Source: Octopus vulgaris
Taxonomy: Eukaryota
Length of the DNA stretch: 64,000 bases
Assembly: GCA_951406725.2 (NCBI GenBank)
Contig: OX597827.1
Location: 50,716,001 to 50,780,000 of the forward strand
Direction of reading: 5' to 3'
Part shown: positions 41,390 through 54,619 of the stretch, one piece after another
How the letters are laid out: every line of letters begins with the position of its first letter
How positions within the stretch are numbered: the first letter of the stretch is position 1
Program-made: the position numbers and the translations under genes
The notes under the pieces: model-generated
What the model was told of the DNA's origin: nothing
The model's database searches: none
Seen by the model: only the letters and a program-made list of their open reading frames with translations

Positions 41390-41695
41390 CTCTTACCCTA
41401 CCACACAGGCTTTTTTACAACCTATCATCATCTGAAGAGCGAGTACTGAAGCTGGTGCATTACTGTGACAGCATCTGCAGTTCTTGGATCTGTTCAGCCT
41501 CCTGCCTCCAGTCGCTTGACAATATGGCTTCGAAATGCTTAAACTTCTCCACTTGTCTCAGCAATGTTCTATTAACATGCAGAGAGCTGTGGTAAGACTT
41601 TCTCGAGAGAACCAACACCTCAGTCTTCGCAACACTAATTCCCATCCCGGTCTTGCAGCACTAGGCAGTGAACCCATTCAGTGCATGCTGAATCT
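41390..41695 (-). mobile_element. RTE/Expander-like LINE RT fragment
   Basis: QHALNGF...GMGISVAKTEVLVLSRK...LLRQVEKFKH, cf. GMRIS..KSE.MVL...L.QVEEFKYLG. Confidence 0.7.
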
Positions 41696-42131
41696 CTTTT
41701 GTTAAGATAAACTCTCGACAAAGTGTCAATATTATTAAAATTAATTGTTATAAATATGAGAAAGAGATAACAATTAATTTGATCAACAACATTGTTTTAC
41801 TGTTGCAACTTTTGCGCTTACCCCACACAAAAAATATCAATATTAATAATTATGAATAATTTTGCTTCACGTTAATAAAATTATTATGGCATGAAAAAGT
41901 ATCAGTGTGCATGACATCATTAGTTATACCAATGAAAATTAATTGCATCAACAAAAATTAAGTATCAGACTTGTACCATTCTGTAATGTGTACACCAGAA
42001 CCGATATATTATTTTGTTTCGTCATAAGACCTTAGATATATAGGGTAGAGGCGGGATGTGATAATTGAATATATTTATTTAAAGGACTCTAATGATGAAT
42101 TGCGTTGGTATGAAGTAGGCATTTTCTATTT

Positions 42132-42199
42132 GTAGAAGAGTCTCGTAGAAGAGTCGCGTAGAAGAGCTTCGCAAAAGAGCCTTGTAGAAAAGGCTCGTA
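42132..42199 (+). repeat. 13-bp minisatellite, five copies
   Basis: GTAGAAGAGTCTC GTAGAAGAGTCGC GTAGAAGAGCTTC GCAAAAGAGCCTT GTAGAAAAGGCTC. Confidence 0.85.
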
Positions 42200-43589
42200 A
42201 GCTTGCAGTAAGAGAAGAAAAGTCTGTTTCAGGCAGCTATCCTTCTTGACAAAGTAGTAAGATTATAAATGAAAACTGAAATAAAAGAATGTTGTTCTAG
42301 ATTGCTGTAGGAGAGAGGGGGAGAGATAAATGGGAATAAAACAACCAATTAAGATTAATACTCCTATTTGTAAAGAACTATTATTTTAATTTCTAGAGCA
42401 TTTATGGTAAGTGTTTGGGGATATCTATTTAGCTTCACTCTGATTGTTTTTGATACTTCACTGTTAAAAGTTTGAAATTGGCTCACGAACAGTAAACTAA
42501 TAAAAGAAGATTATTTTGGCCGATAAATCTGTATCAGTAACAACCGGAAATATCTACAAATCTAAAAGAGCATCGATAGAATGTAACTTATAATTTCAAT
42601 TATTTTCAAAAGTATTGTATTTAGTTATTGCCTTCTTGATATAGACTGTTATAGATATGTAAACGAGGATAACATTATGGCGCGTTTCCAAATATGTAGA
42701 GTTGAATTTTATACAATGTGTTTACAAATACAGAAGTAACGAGGGTGTAGGCTATATCTACTAATATGGGAGGTAGGGAAAGAATTGTATAAGATGTAGA
42801 TAAGTTATATCTTGTATTCTTTTATCTTTCAATCACTAGATTGCGGCCTTCAAGGCTTTTTAGTTAATCTTATCTACCTTACTTATTTAATATAGTGTGG
42901 TACTTATTTAATCCTTCTCTGTTAATCGGATCACGAAGCAATGTATTTTACATAAAAGATGGCTACACGATGCAGCAGATTTAGACACGAGTTTCCTTAT
43001 AGTTTCCGTCGACTAAATTTTGTTCACAAGGTATCGGTCACCCGCATTGAAAAGACTTTCCAAGGCGTACAGTCGGTGAACTAGAATTTCTTTCAAACGT
43101 CTCAAGTTAAATAAGTTATATGTATACCTATAGAGTTAATTGACAATTGTATGAAAACATCGAGGAATGATATAAAACTTAGTTTGCACGGTTTCTCTTT
43201 TATGTCAGCTATATAGAATACGCATGTTATATAATATACTTAGTCATAAAATATTTTTGAGGTGCAATTCTTTCGTGAGCAGTGTTAGAATCAAAAATGT
43301 AACAGAAAAAAATATGCAACTAATAAAAAAAAATCATATATTTTTTCCACAAAAGCGCCCGCAAAAATACCTTCCAGTATTTAGTTACGACCGTTTACTT
43401 TTTTCGTTCAAATCCTAAGAAGGTCGAATACGGTTTTAATCTGGAGTCAATAATATGCTAATGAAGCACTGGAATCAGTATAATCGACAATACGGCTCCC
43501 TCAAATTACAAATTTTGAATTATGTTAGCAATCTCCGGTAGGGATAGGTATGAATTCCTAATATTACTCGGTTATATTGTAACTTTCTC

Positions 43590-44400
43590 AGTGAAAGCCT
43601 TCCGCGCATTTGCTGAAGGGGCGATGAATGAATCAAAAACCAAATATAGCAGGCTATACATTTATTGGTGTAGGAAAATAGAATTACTAAGAAATCAAAT
43701 AATTGGTACTGTTTTATTACCATTATTTAATGATTATTCCCGAGGACAATATCTCTAAATTAATAATTATTAGCTTTGGGTTACCCAAATTTTGAGAATG
43801 TTATATTTGATTTGAAGGTGTGAGTGCTGGATCGCAGAAAAATAGTCAAGTACGAATACAATTATTTCTACTGCAAGATTTGGTCATGTTATCAAAAATT
43901 CGGACGTACATATAGGAATACAATATCCAATGTAACATCCCTTTTATAAGATGTATTATCCCGCCCAAATTTGTATCTCAGCGAGGTGTATATGTGCTTA
44001 TAGTGAAGTTTACACTGTGGTGTGTTAGAGCATCAGTTCTTGCAATCTACCTTAGAATCCCCGAGAAGATCATGGGCGATGCCTTTCCTTCTGTTTCTAC
44101 GTCATTAAAAGACAATACTAGAGTGTGATTTGAAGGAGAGTTGATGCTTGTAAAAGCAGTGACATTATGGAAGCTCTTTCGTTCGCTCCTTCTACTGCAA
44201 AATATTTCGTGTAGACAGATTTATAACTTAATAACTCCTCACTTATCTCAAATACAAAATTTTTAAAATGTATCTCTGTTACAGTTGGAATGGTTCCGTC
44301 GCTTTCGATAAACAATTTCAAATTATCGATAAAAGAAGTTATCATCCACTTTGACTTCAATATAGTTCGTACTTTCTTATATGAATAAGTCCACTGCTCT
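43590..44400 (-). mobile_element. Possible decayed hAT transposase C-terminus
   Basis: Minus fragments PNLAVEIIVFVL, TFSK and DSFIAPSANARK resemble the hAT dimerisation region (YPNL...ERSFS...IDEFA..KARK). Confidence 0.35.
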
Positions 44401-44854
44401 TTTTGAATTTAATTGAGGAAACATCTTCATGTTTGTTCATTCCAGTTTCTTCAGATAATTAAAGCGATATCAATAAGAATTTAAATTATAATTACCAAAC
44501 ACTTCAAATGTATGTGGGCAGGGAAGCACTAATTAAACAGAAGTGAACTTCACAAGGTACAGATTAAATTATCAAATTGATGTATTTATTCACTGAGAGT
44601 GCTCTGGAATTAATTACATATAAGATGGTCAATTAGTACAATAACCACTGAAGTATATCTGACTAACGTCTATATAAAAAAAAAATAAACGAAAACAAAA
44701 ATGCATATATTATTCAAGGATGTATATATATATATATATAATAAAAATGGTAAATAATTTTTCTGTGGTTTTTCATGTAACCAACAATTATTTACCGGTA
44801 AATTTCGGTATGTAAATACGACAAATTTATCGTCAGGAACTTTGTAAGGTTCAG

Positions 44855-44934
<80 letters not shown>

Positions 44935-45120
44935 GTTGTTGATATCATAAAAATATATAAACTTTCAAAACGACGCGAAATAGTTCCTCCTTAGAACTGG
45001 ATCTCAAAACACGGGGGCAACCTTCGACTTCTTAAAATGTACTTCGAGATCCAATTCCCAAAAAGAATAATTATATATATATATATGTATGTATGTATGT
45101 ATGCATATGTATATACATAC

Positions 45121-45166
<46 letters not shown>

Positions 45167-45336
45167 CCTCACACGTGCGCACGCACACATGTACACACAT
45201 AAATAAATGCAACGAATACGAAGAAACAAACACTTGAAAGTAAAATCGAACCAGATATTCAAATATCTCCAAACAAGGCGTGTTTCTGACTATATCGTTT
45301 ATATATTGTATACATGAATATATGTTTATCAACAAA

Positions 45337-45717
45337 CTAGCAGTATCGCCCGGCGTTGCTCAGGTTTGTAAGGGAAATAACTATAAAGCATTTTTCGAGA
45401 GTTATAGCCAAAAAATAGCAAAAAAATGGAAAATAAATGATGGTAAATTTTTTTGAGAGTTAAAAAGGTGGAGTTGCGTCCCCTAGACGGTCTGTGGTTT
45501 GGGTTTCTGATTCTCGACCCCATGTCGAATTTATCGATTTTTTCAGAACTGGGGGAACTTTTCAAAATTTTCGCTGCGTTAGTTTTGAATTATGACATTG
45601 GGCTATGTGTGTGTCAAGTTTCATCAGAATCGGTTGAAAGCCGTGGTCAGAGTGAGGGTACGAGAAAACAGACACACAGAAAACGCACAGACAAACTGCC
45701 GTTTATATAGAGAGAGA
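45337..45717 (-). mobile_element. Non-autonomous Helitron
   Basis: Minus strand A|TCTCTCTCTATATAAACGGC...CCTGAGCAACGCCGGGCGATACTGCTAG|T; its 3' ~120 bp are shared with 13823-14220. Confidence 0.9.
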
Positions 45718-47641
45718 TATAACTTGATTTTATTCTCAGATGTTTCTTCGTAGAAATTATATTTGTATATCATTGTATGTATTATAGCAATAAACTATCT
45801 TATTTATATTGAGACTTCTTGCTACTTGCATCTGCAATGGTATTTCAGGAATTACAACAAAATATTTCCCTATACTGAAAAGTGAACACAGGACAACGAC
45901 AAAAGACCATTCGAAAACAGGGAGGGGAGCAGTGTACGTAGACAAGCTCATCTCTCAACAGTTATCGACCAAAAATCATTACAATTTCGATGCCTTATTG
46001 ATAATATTATTCAATTTGACAGCGTCATCCACCTGAAGTTGTTGGTGTATAGATTAACGAAACATGAAGGATAATATAATTTAGTAATAACAATCGTTGA
46101 AACACGTAGGTATGTTTCGCTCTAAAAGAGTTATCAAACAATAATAGTAATAGAATTTGTCGGTTTATCATCATGATGGGAAAATAGTCCTGTGGCTATA
46201 AGAAACGCACAGGTCGAGTAAATGATGATAAAGATAACTATACACTATATGTCAACTGTAGCCAACCCTATTGCCAATAATTATATTAAAGAAGTTATTG
46301 CTAATAATAACATGAATGCTTACATAGATATTCCCTTAAAATAAATCTTATTCTCCCTAAACTTAATGTTTATGCTGGCAATCTACTCACTGTCTCTTCT
46401 TGTGACGACCTAGGTAAGAATGAAATATGTTCTCAAGGTTCTATTCCTAATCTAAAACGTCGAAGAGGGCATGATAGGAATAAGGAAACGCGAGATCCTC
46501 TGGTTTACGTCTCTATTTAGCTTACAAGTTAAATGATACTGTAATAATTCGCCAACTTTCTAGACTAATTTCCAACCTTTAAACAAATATCATTCAATAT
46601 TTAACACCTATAAGAATATCCAACTCTACTGCAGCTAGTGATAGATCCCTGAATCGCGGCTTCTAACAGACGTAAACATTATCTAAAAACACTAGTAATC
46701 ATAATAATAGTTTCAAATTTTGTCACAAGGGCGGCAGTTTGGGGAAGGGGACAAGTCAATTACATCGACCCCGGTGTTCAACTGGTACTTATTTTATCGA
46801 CCCTCTCTGAAGAGTCGATCTCTTTTTACAGGGACAACCGTTTATGTTTTTACAATAGAGATTTATGGGGAGGTCCCATCGGTACCCAACAGATTGGTTG
46901 CATTTTTAACGATGAAGACGTTCACCTTGCATGCTTTCACTTAAAAGGTGACATTAGTTCACAGTTCGTCTATGAAATGAAATTTGTCACCCGTCACGCT
47001 ACGAGCAGAATTCGCTGTTTTTCTTCCATATGTCCATATTTATTATGTGAGTAAATTAAAAACATTCCGGACTGAATCCAGACCCGCAATACTGAAATTT
47101 TGGATTCTCAAGTTTTCATTACTAGGATTGTTTTCGGCGATTTTTTTACGTGATTTTTTGCGACAAATTTTTTTGTACGATAACAATTTTTATAACTTCG
47201 AAATAAATTTTATGAATAATCGAAATTAATTGCGATATCCAGCGATTATTTTTGATAACTTGTTTTACGTGATTTTCTTTGAGACAAATATGATCATCAT
47301 TGAGATATGGCTCTGGAGAAAGGAATTGTAACAAATTCTCCAAAATAAGTCTGAGATCTGTTTTCAGATCTTCCCATTCGGGGTCAGTGGCTTTAAAAGC
47401 CCTATCGAGCAACTTTTAAGCTAGTTTTAATATTTATGTTTATATAACATATTTACAAATGTTTTGATGCCACATATAATTACTTAATGATCTTTTATGA
47501 GTCTTTGTGGGTGGGTGTGGGGTTGTGGGTGTGGGTGTGGGGTTGTGGGTGTGGGTGTTTGTGTGTGTGTGTGTGAGTATGTGTACATTTATGTATGTGT
47601 GGAGCAGGGTACATCTGTGTATGTACACATACACACACACA

Positions 47642-47680
<39 letters not shown>

Positions 47681-48334
47681 GATGGCCGACAGGTTGAGAA
47701 GTTCAGTTTGCGATCATGAGGATCTGTATTCGACCTCACTATGTGGCATCTTGGATGTATGAGATTTACAATTTCTTTGAAACGGTCCAATCTTCACAGT
47801 GAAATGGATTAGACAGAAACTGTTCGGAAGACAGTCAGATGGATTATACCTGCCATTTTACAAGTCATGTCTTTTCACACACTGATTCTGCCTGAACACA
47901 AGTCTCTAAAATTGTGTGTGGGTGTGTGCGCGCGCACACACATATACATATACAGACATGCGTGTGCGCACACCTGATATCCATGTACAAATGCATATGC
48001 GCATGTACACATATACGCGTATATGTGTGTGTGGGCGTGCGTGTAGCAGCTGTAATTATTTACATCGAATAGTGCTTAAAATGTATTGGTTTTACAACCA
48101 GAAAGATGCATTATTTAGTTCTATACATCTATTTTTTTCTCCAATGCATTCATAATTTCTCAAATTGATCACCTGATATATAACTTTGAAAGATTAATAG
48201 CAAATTGGTGTCGGGTTGATATTACTGAAGTGAATAAAAAATTGTAGAGAATGTAGTAATGCAATCGAAAATTGTTCAAATTATTTTAATGCCTTTCTTC
48301 TACTTAGTCCAATTTTTTGTTTCATTATTGTTGG

Positions 48335-48373
48335 CTAATCTGTATCAATTGTTTCTTTCTCTTGCAGGTAAGT
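48335..48373 (+). promoter_or_regulatory. Candidate recursive splice site (branch point, polypyrimidine tract, CAG|GTAAGT)
   Basis: GGCTAATC (branch A at 48338, 29 nt upstream of the acceptor G), then TTGTTTCTTTCTCTTGCAG immediately followed by the perfect donor GTAAGT, in non-repetitive sequence. Confidence 0.55.
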
Positions 48374-48999
48374 ACATCACTGCAATTTTCTTTGTACAGC
48401 CATCTTACTAGGAACTGTTGCTGTATGTATGTATTATATATCTTTATTGTAATATTTATTTTTATATCTAAATTTATTGGGTCTTTTATCATTCTAAAAC
48501 CCGATATAATTTTAACATAAAAATATTAAACTTTATATGTACCTATATCGTGACAGAAAAAGAAGGAGGACTCACTGACGTGACCAAAATATAGGCTGGT
48601 ATTATATGAAAATTACATAAGACAGTAAGATATTATTTCAGAGGTGACTTACTGTTATTTCTATCAAGCAGAGATACCATACAGTGACTCCAGCCCTAGC
48701 TTATACATATATAAAAACAGTGGGATGTAATTTGAGGAAGATTTGGGTTATATTTGTATCACCGCTACTAAAAACATAGAAGTTGGTTCACACATATATA
48801 TCTATATAGGTAAGACCGAAAAAAGAGTTTGAGGGAGGCTTAGCTAGATTTCTAGCAGAATCCCTATTCCATCTTCGAATACTTACTTGATACTTCTTTC
48901 ACGAAAACTAATGATGTAATAAGACGGATGCAGGTGCATGCTTTTTTCTATGAATATAGTAATTCGTTTAATCTTGAATCGTATAAAAAATTCTCCGCA

Positions 49000-50110
49000 T
49001 AATCACTTTTCGAATTTGATCTATTAAATATGGTGAAGAACATTAAATTTTCTAAACATGTGAATGCTTACCAAAAGGAATTATCTATAATTGTATCTAA
49101 ATGTTAAACTGTTACCTAATCTACATAATTTCTTCGACAAGACCGGCAATTATGTGCTCTTTCTGCGAAATAATATCGTACCTTTATAGCTAAGGAACTG
49201 AGTGAAAACTACAAGACTGTGGATCAATCACTTCTGAATTAAATCAATCACCAGTATTGTGAAATCGTTAGAAAATTATAAGTTGAGGACAAGACTCAAC
49301 CATAGACCCCCTTACTTTAGTTTGAAAGATCACAAGGCCGACTTCATCATCAAACATTCTATGAGAATCATTTGGCCCACTAAATCCGACCTTGAATTAG
49401 TGAAACTGTTTCAGATAGTTAAGGAAAAACTTATGATTAACCTTTGATCGAATACAGGTGAGATAATAATTTTCTGTCTCCTCCAAAATAAAAATAATTC
49501 CTCATTCTTGCAGTTAGACATTAGCAGCTATTATTCCTTTGTTTCTCTGATTTTGCTTGGAAACTAATACTGCTTTCCTTTAGATATTAACCTTTATTTC
49601 TTTGAACAAGACATGGTGTAGAATGTCAAATAATGATATTTGATATAACAATGGTATTGTCTAATTCTGTACAAGTTACTGATTAGGTTTTTTTTCAACT
49701 CCATTTACATTTTTAAAATTATAGGTGTGGTCTTTATAGAGATGATGCTCTTCCATTTGTCACAGGGATTTCTAAATCTGGTTTGGAGCATGTTAAAAAA
49801 GTTTTACACATTTTTCAGCAATTATAATCTATCAATAAATTTCGACACTAGATGTAAAATAGCTAATTTGGTGGGTATCACTTTAGATTTAAACTCATCG
49901 TTATACTATCCCTTTGATTAAACTAACAAATATATGAATGTTGACGTTAACCGCTATAGATCTGTCTTTATTGATACAATAAATAGTATATCTGTTAGAA
50001 TCTCTACCTTCTCCGCTAATGAAGATATATTCGATAGCCACGCTCACTATAATAATCAAGCTTTGCTTGCTGGTGAGGGGGGTCTTTGATGAAATAAAGT
50101 ACATACCGGA
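49000..50110 (+). mobile_element. Penelope-like element RT remnant (YRDD type, Naiad-like)
   Basis: FEFDLLNMVKNIKF, DKTGNY, YFSLKDHKADF..MRIIWPTKSDL, FLQLDISSYY, FDITM, GLYRDDAL (49729-49752) and GITLDL; many stops. Confidence 0.75.
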
Positions 50111-50657
50111 CACAAAGTTCAGAATATTCTTAACATTATTAATTCCACACAATATGCCAACAATAGCCAATCCTAATTCACTTAATATGTCTAATACTAA
50201 TAATTCAGATTCGTCTAATTTTCACTCTCAATAGATCATCCGGTGAAATAAATCTTTCTTATACGAAATATTGCGGACAACTATATGTCTATCCCGTTTC
50301 TGCATGTGAGTAATTTTAATATTGACTGCTCAGGGAAGAACAATACGTCGTTAGTAAGATGTCTACACTTATCCAAAAATGTCAACGAGGGCATAGTAGG
50401 AATAAGAAATGTGGGGTTCTATAATTTAGACCGCTGGTCTACTTACGCGTTAAATCATGCCGAAATTATTTTTCATTATTCCAAAGTCTAATTTCCAACC
50501 TCTAAATATCACTCGAGATTTAACATATTAACTAAAAAAATTATCCAATTATCCACTCTACTACACCATAATTTCTTATCAATTATTTCTACCTCTAACA
50601 GATGTAATCTTGGCATAAAAGACTTTACTAATAAGAATAGTGATAATTATCGTGATG

Positions 50658-50730
<73 letters not shown>

Positions 50731-51026
50731 TATAAGTGAACTAACCTAAATAGACAGGAAATTAAGAAAAATAATAACAGAATCTAGGATGCACCACCCA
50801 AAAACTGGCATAAAAAGGCTATATATACAACGTATAGAATGTGGTAGAGGCCTTATACAGCTGGAAAATTATTATAAAATAACCAGCATAGGACTGCAAA
50901 AATACCTATTTCAGAAGCAAGGAAAACTGATACAAATAGCCGCAAAACACGAGCAAAACTAAAAACTGTTCTCAGTATTTAAGGTAGCTGACAAATACAA
51001 ACAAGAAATCATACTACCTAACAGAT

Positions 51027-51116
51027 GAGAAGAAGAAGAAGAAGAAGAAGAAGAAGAAGAAGAAGAAGAAGAAGAAGAAGAAGAAGAAGAAGAAGAAGAA
51101 GAAGAAGAAGAAGAAA
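51027..51116. repeat. (GAA)n microsatellite expanded inside the Dong ORF
   Basis: Direct reading. Confidence 0.95.
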
Positions 51117-51579
51117 AGCTATAAAACAATTGAAAACCAAACTAAAACAAGACCAGCAACGGACCATGATAAAACGATGGCTAGAAAAGCCCCTTCATGG
51201 CAAATACTAAATGCTATAGAAATAAACAGAAAAAATCCCAGCAATGGTTGAGAAGCTCAGGACTCAAAGCAGAGACGGAGGGATTTTTAATTGCAGCACC
51301 AGAAATTTTTAATTGCACCACCCCACCAGAAATTACCAAAAACATATAATGAAAAGAAACATAACAAGTAACTGCAGAATATGTGGAGATGGACAAGAAA
51401 CAATAAATCATATTATCTCTGACTGCCCAGTCCTGGCTAAGAAAGAAATATACTTACACACATGACAGAGCTGGTACCTACATACACTGGAAGCTATGCC
51501 AACACTATGGAATAACAACAGAAAAAAGATGGTATAGGCACACGCCGGAAAAGGTCACAGAAAATGAGAAAGCAACCAT

Positions 51580-52365
51580 GTCTGAACGTGTCAAAGTGCT
51601 GTCATCTGCCTGTCGGCTCTACTCCTGCAACTCAACTTGATTTCGAGCCGGGTCGTCTGCTGCTGGAGAGGACCGATCAGGTAAAGGACCTGGGTATCTT
51701 GGTGGATTCCTCCTTTTCGCCTTCGGCCCAGTGCGTCCATGCTGCCAACAAAGCGCGCGGAATTCTGTTTTTGATTCGACGGTCATTCGGAATGCTCACA
51801 GCAGCCATATTCCTGCCACTCTATGTCACGCTGGTGAGACCCATATTGGAGTATGGGATTCAAGCCTCTTCTTCTTATCTCCTCAAAGACATACAGCATC
51901 TCGAAAGAGTCCAGAGGCTGGCTACCCGCATGGTTCATGGTCTCAAAAATTTGTCCTACGAAGAAAGGCTGAGGACGCTCGACCTTTGTTCTCTTGAAAA
52001 ACGCCGCCGCCGTGGTGATCTCATTCTCGCCCACAACATCATAAGCGGGAAGTGTAACCTCTCGGAAGAGCTGTTCTTCACTCCTGCTCCGGAGCGTCGG
52101 CTGCGGGGTCATTCCGAAAAGCTCTACCTGCGACGATTTCATCTCAATCGAAGGAGAGGAGCTTTCTCCGTCCGGGTTTCGGATCCGTGGAACAAGCTGC
52201 CAGACGAGATGGTGAAGATGCCGACGACCGCTTTGTTCAAAGCCTCCCTGGACCTCAAGTGGCCTGAACTCTTTACATGAACACCACCCTGTACTTAACT
52301 CCATGTCCCCCTACATGGCCTTGCTATTTGCTTTTGAGCCAAATTAACTAACTAACTAACTAACT
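51580..52365 (+). mobile_element. Young 5'-truncated CR1-clade LINE (intact ORF2 C-terminus, (CTAA)n tail, AACCAT TSD)
   Basis: LNVSKC, VKDLGILVDS, LYVTLVRPILEYG, LERVQRLATRMV, SYEERL..LDL.SLEKRRRRGDLI and WNKLP, with no stops. 3' hairpin CCATGT-CCCCCT-ACATGG at 52301-52318; TSD at 51574-51579 and 52366-52371. Confidence 0.93.
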
Positions 52366-52667
52366 AACCATACTCTGGGATATGCCAATACACACAGATA
52401 GAGAAATTAAGGCCAATAGGCCAGATATAGTTGTCAGAGATCATGTTCATATCCTACGCAAAATACTTTCTATGTAATCTCAAGTTTTAAAACAAACATA
52501 ATTTTCGTTTTTTTTTTAGACATTCACTAGTACAACACTAAATACAAAACCAAATATATGCCACACTAGGCATAACAACAACATGAACTTCCAACCTGTT
52601 GTCTCTTGAGGTCTCTGGGTGAGACTTGGAGCCAACTGATACAAATATAAAGCAAAAGTCAAACATA

Positions 52668-52739
<72 letters not shown>

Positions 52740-52740
<1 letters not shown>

Positions 52741-53400
52741 GCAAGATATGACAGGGTCGGCCAGTATTTACACATATGTCGGCATTATAAAATCAAAACT
52801 GCTGACAAATGGTATAAACACCATCCTGAAGCTGTGACTGAGGGAGAAAATGTGTCGATTCTCTGGGACTTCCCCGTACATACCGACAAAACTATAAAAG
52901 CAAATAAACCGGATATTATTATAAAAGATCAGACAAAATAGGTATGTTTATAAATTGACATGAGTATTCCTTGCGATCGCAATATAGCGGCGAAAGAATT
53001 TTCCAAGATCAGTAAATATAAAGACTTGCTAATAGAAATTGAAAAAATGTGACATCTCAAGGCGACTACAGTACCAGTGACTGTATGATCTCTAGGAAGG
53101 ATAAAAAAAAAAAGGTACTGAAACCTATTTGAAAATGATACCAGACTTACCATCCCTACAGGAAGTGCTAAAAAATCTTGTTAACTGGAACGACTCATCT
53201 TCTGAGAAGAGCATTATCGCTGTGAAAACAACATCAATTCATGAATTTAATTATTTATTTATTTATTTATTTAATACATATTTTACCTGTGAATTTGCGT
53301 GTGTAATATGGGAATGCATACAATGAGCTTCTCTGCCCTGGGTGTACGAAAACACTCGGCAAAGAAATGGAAGAAAATTTGAAGAAGGAAAAAAAAAATA
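52740..53400 (+). mobile_element. Second R4/Dong family 3' fragment (REL domain and 3' UTR) between (TAA)n arrays
   Basis: RYDRVGQYLH, WYKHHPEAVTEGENVSILWDFPVHTDKTIKANKPDIII, IDMSIPCDRN, KISKYKDL and HLLRRALSL*, followed by (TAA)n at 53399-53467. Confidence 0.88.
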
Positions 53401-53403
53401 ATA

Positions 53404-53467
<64 letters not shown>

Positions 53468-54619
53468 TAAATAGAATGCAACATAGATTACAAGAAGATT
53501 GGCAATAATATAAGAACATGAATAATAACCAGAATCATGATTACGATATTAGTAGAGGTTATGACGATGATACTGAGATTGGTGACAATAATGGTGATAT
53601 TAGTATTAATGATAACAGCTCCATTACTCGTAGCATGATTCCTTAATACTGCAATTTCACGTAACTGAAATTAAATTTCAGAGTGGAAATACGAATAATA
53701 GAAATGCACTCCAGAATTTATCTTGCCCTAATACATTATCTATGTAAATAAAAAAGCGGTAGTAACTTGACTATTCATTTTAATAGTCAGGATGGTCATA
53801 TTCACGTTAATAGCAATAGCAATAAGCATATGTATTGTTAATAATAGGATTGTCTATACAAACATTACTGAGGGTAATAATAATAACAAGACTGGCGATA
53901 TAAAAATTTAACATGACCTAATACATGCTTTTTGAACGTTTTCTACCTGAGATGTAATATCGTTCATAGACGCACCGTACATAATAGACACATAATTTAA
54001 CAAGAGTATATATTGAATCTTCATCAGACTTTAAAAGACGTTATTTAGTTCACTTTCTTCTGTCAAATGCAAAATGTCAATTGATCAGCAAATTTTATAT
54101 AGAATCCCAAGGACAATACCATTTCTTATAATGTTACTTGGACTACTATTGAAACTAGAAGGCCTTACCAAGGTAGTCGTTTTCTATGTGATCTCTATAA
54201 GAAAGGATTTATTGAAGTATAATGCGAGGGTAACAACCACCTTCTGAATCGACAATGAGATAAAATAGTCTTTTGTAAATATCGATTGCAGAAAGCGCTC
54301 GCATTTTACCATAGATCTATATGTTCTACACGTATCAGATAATAGTTTGCTTTCATTTCAATTGCATCTATTTTATGTAGTCTTGGTCTATCCTTGATAC
54401 TATTTGGTCTCTATATTTATTATGGATAAATATGTCCTTAGACATATTTATAGTGAAATAATTTACAAATATATAACTTTATACTTACAGCACTTCCTTA
54501 TATTATACTCAAATTCTTCCTTTTATTTTATTTTTAAGCGTAAATTTTCTGTACTTTATTTTGCTTTTAAACGTAAAACCTAATATGGTAATATCTATAG
54601 CTTTATGTATTGTCTAAAC

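Larger units (their letters stand above)
50734..52668 (+). mobile_element. 5'-truncated R4/Dong LINE between (TAA)n arrays, interrupted by a CR1
   Basis: IDRKLRKI...RLYIQR..GRGL, WLEKPLHGKY, LKAETEGFLIAA, CRICGDGQETINHIISDCP, HDRAG, ENEKAT|ILWDMPIHTDREIKANRPDIVV and HILRKILSM*. The 3' UTR GAGGTCTCTGGGTGAGACTTGG ends in (TAA)n. Confidence 0.9.

Noticed and set aside
42132-42199. Regularly spaced repeats resembling a CRISPR array
   Set aside because: Contiguous 13-bp units without spacers, eukaryotic context and no cas genes.
46941-47419. TTAA-bounded segment resembling a Kolobok-type non-autonomous element
   Set aside because: The terminal inverted match is too weak to confirm by eye.
51783-52304. 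173-aa antisense ORF
   Set aside because: Shadow ORF of the GC-rich CR1 coding strand.
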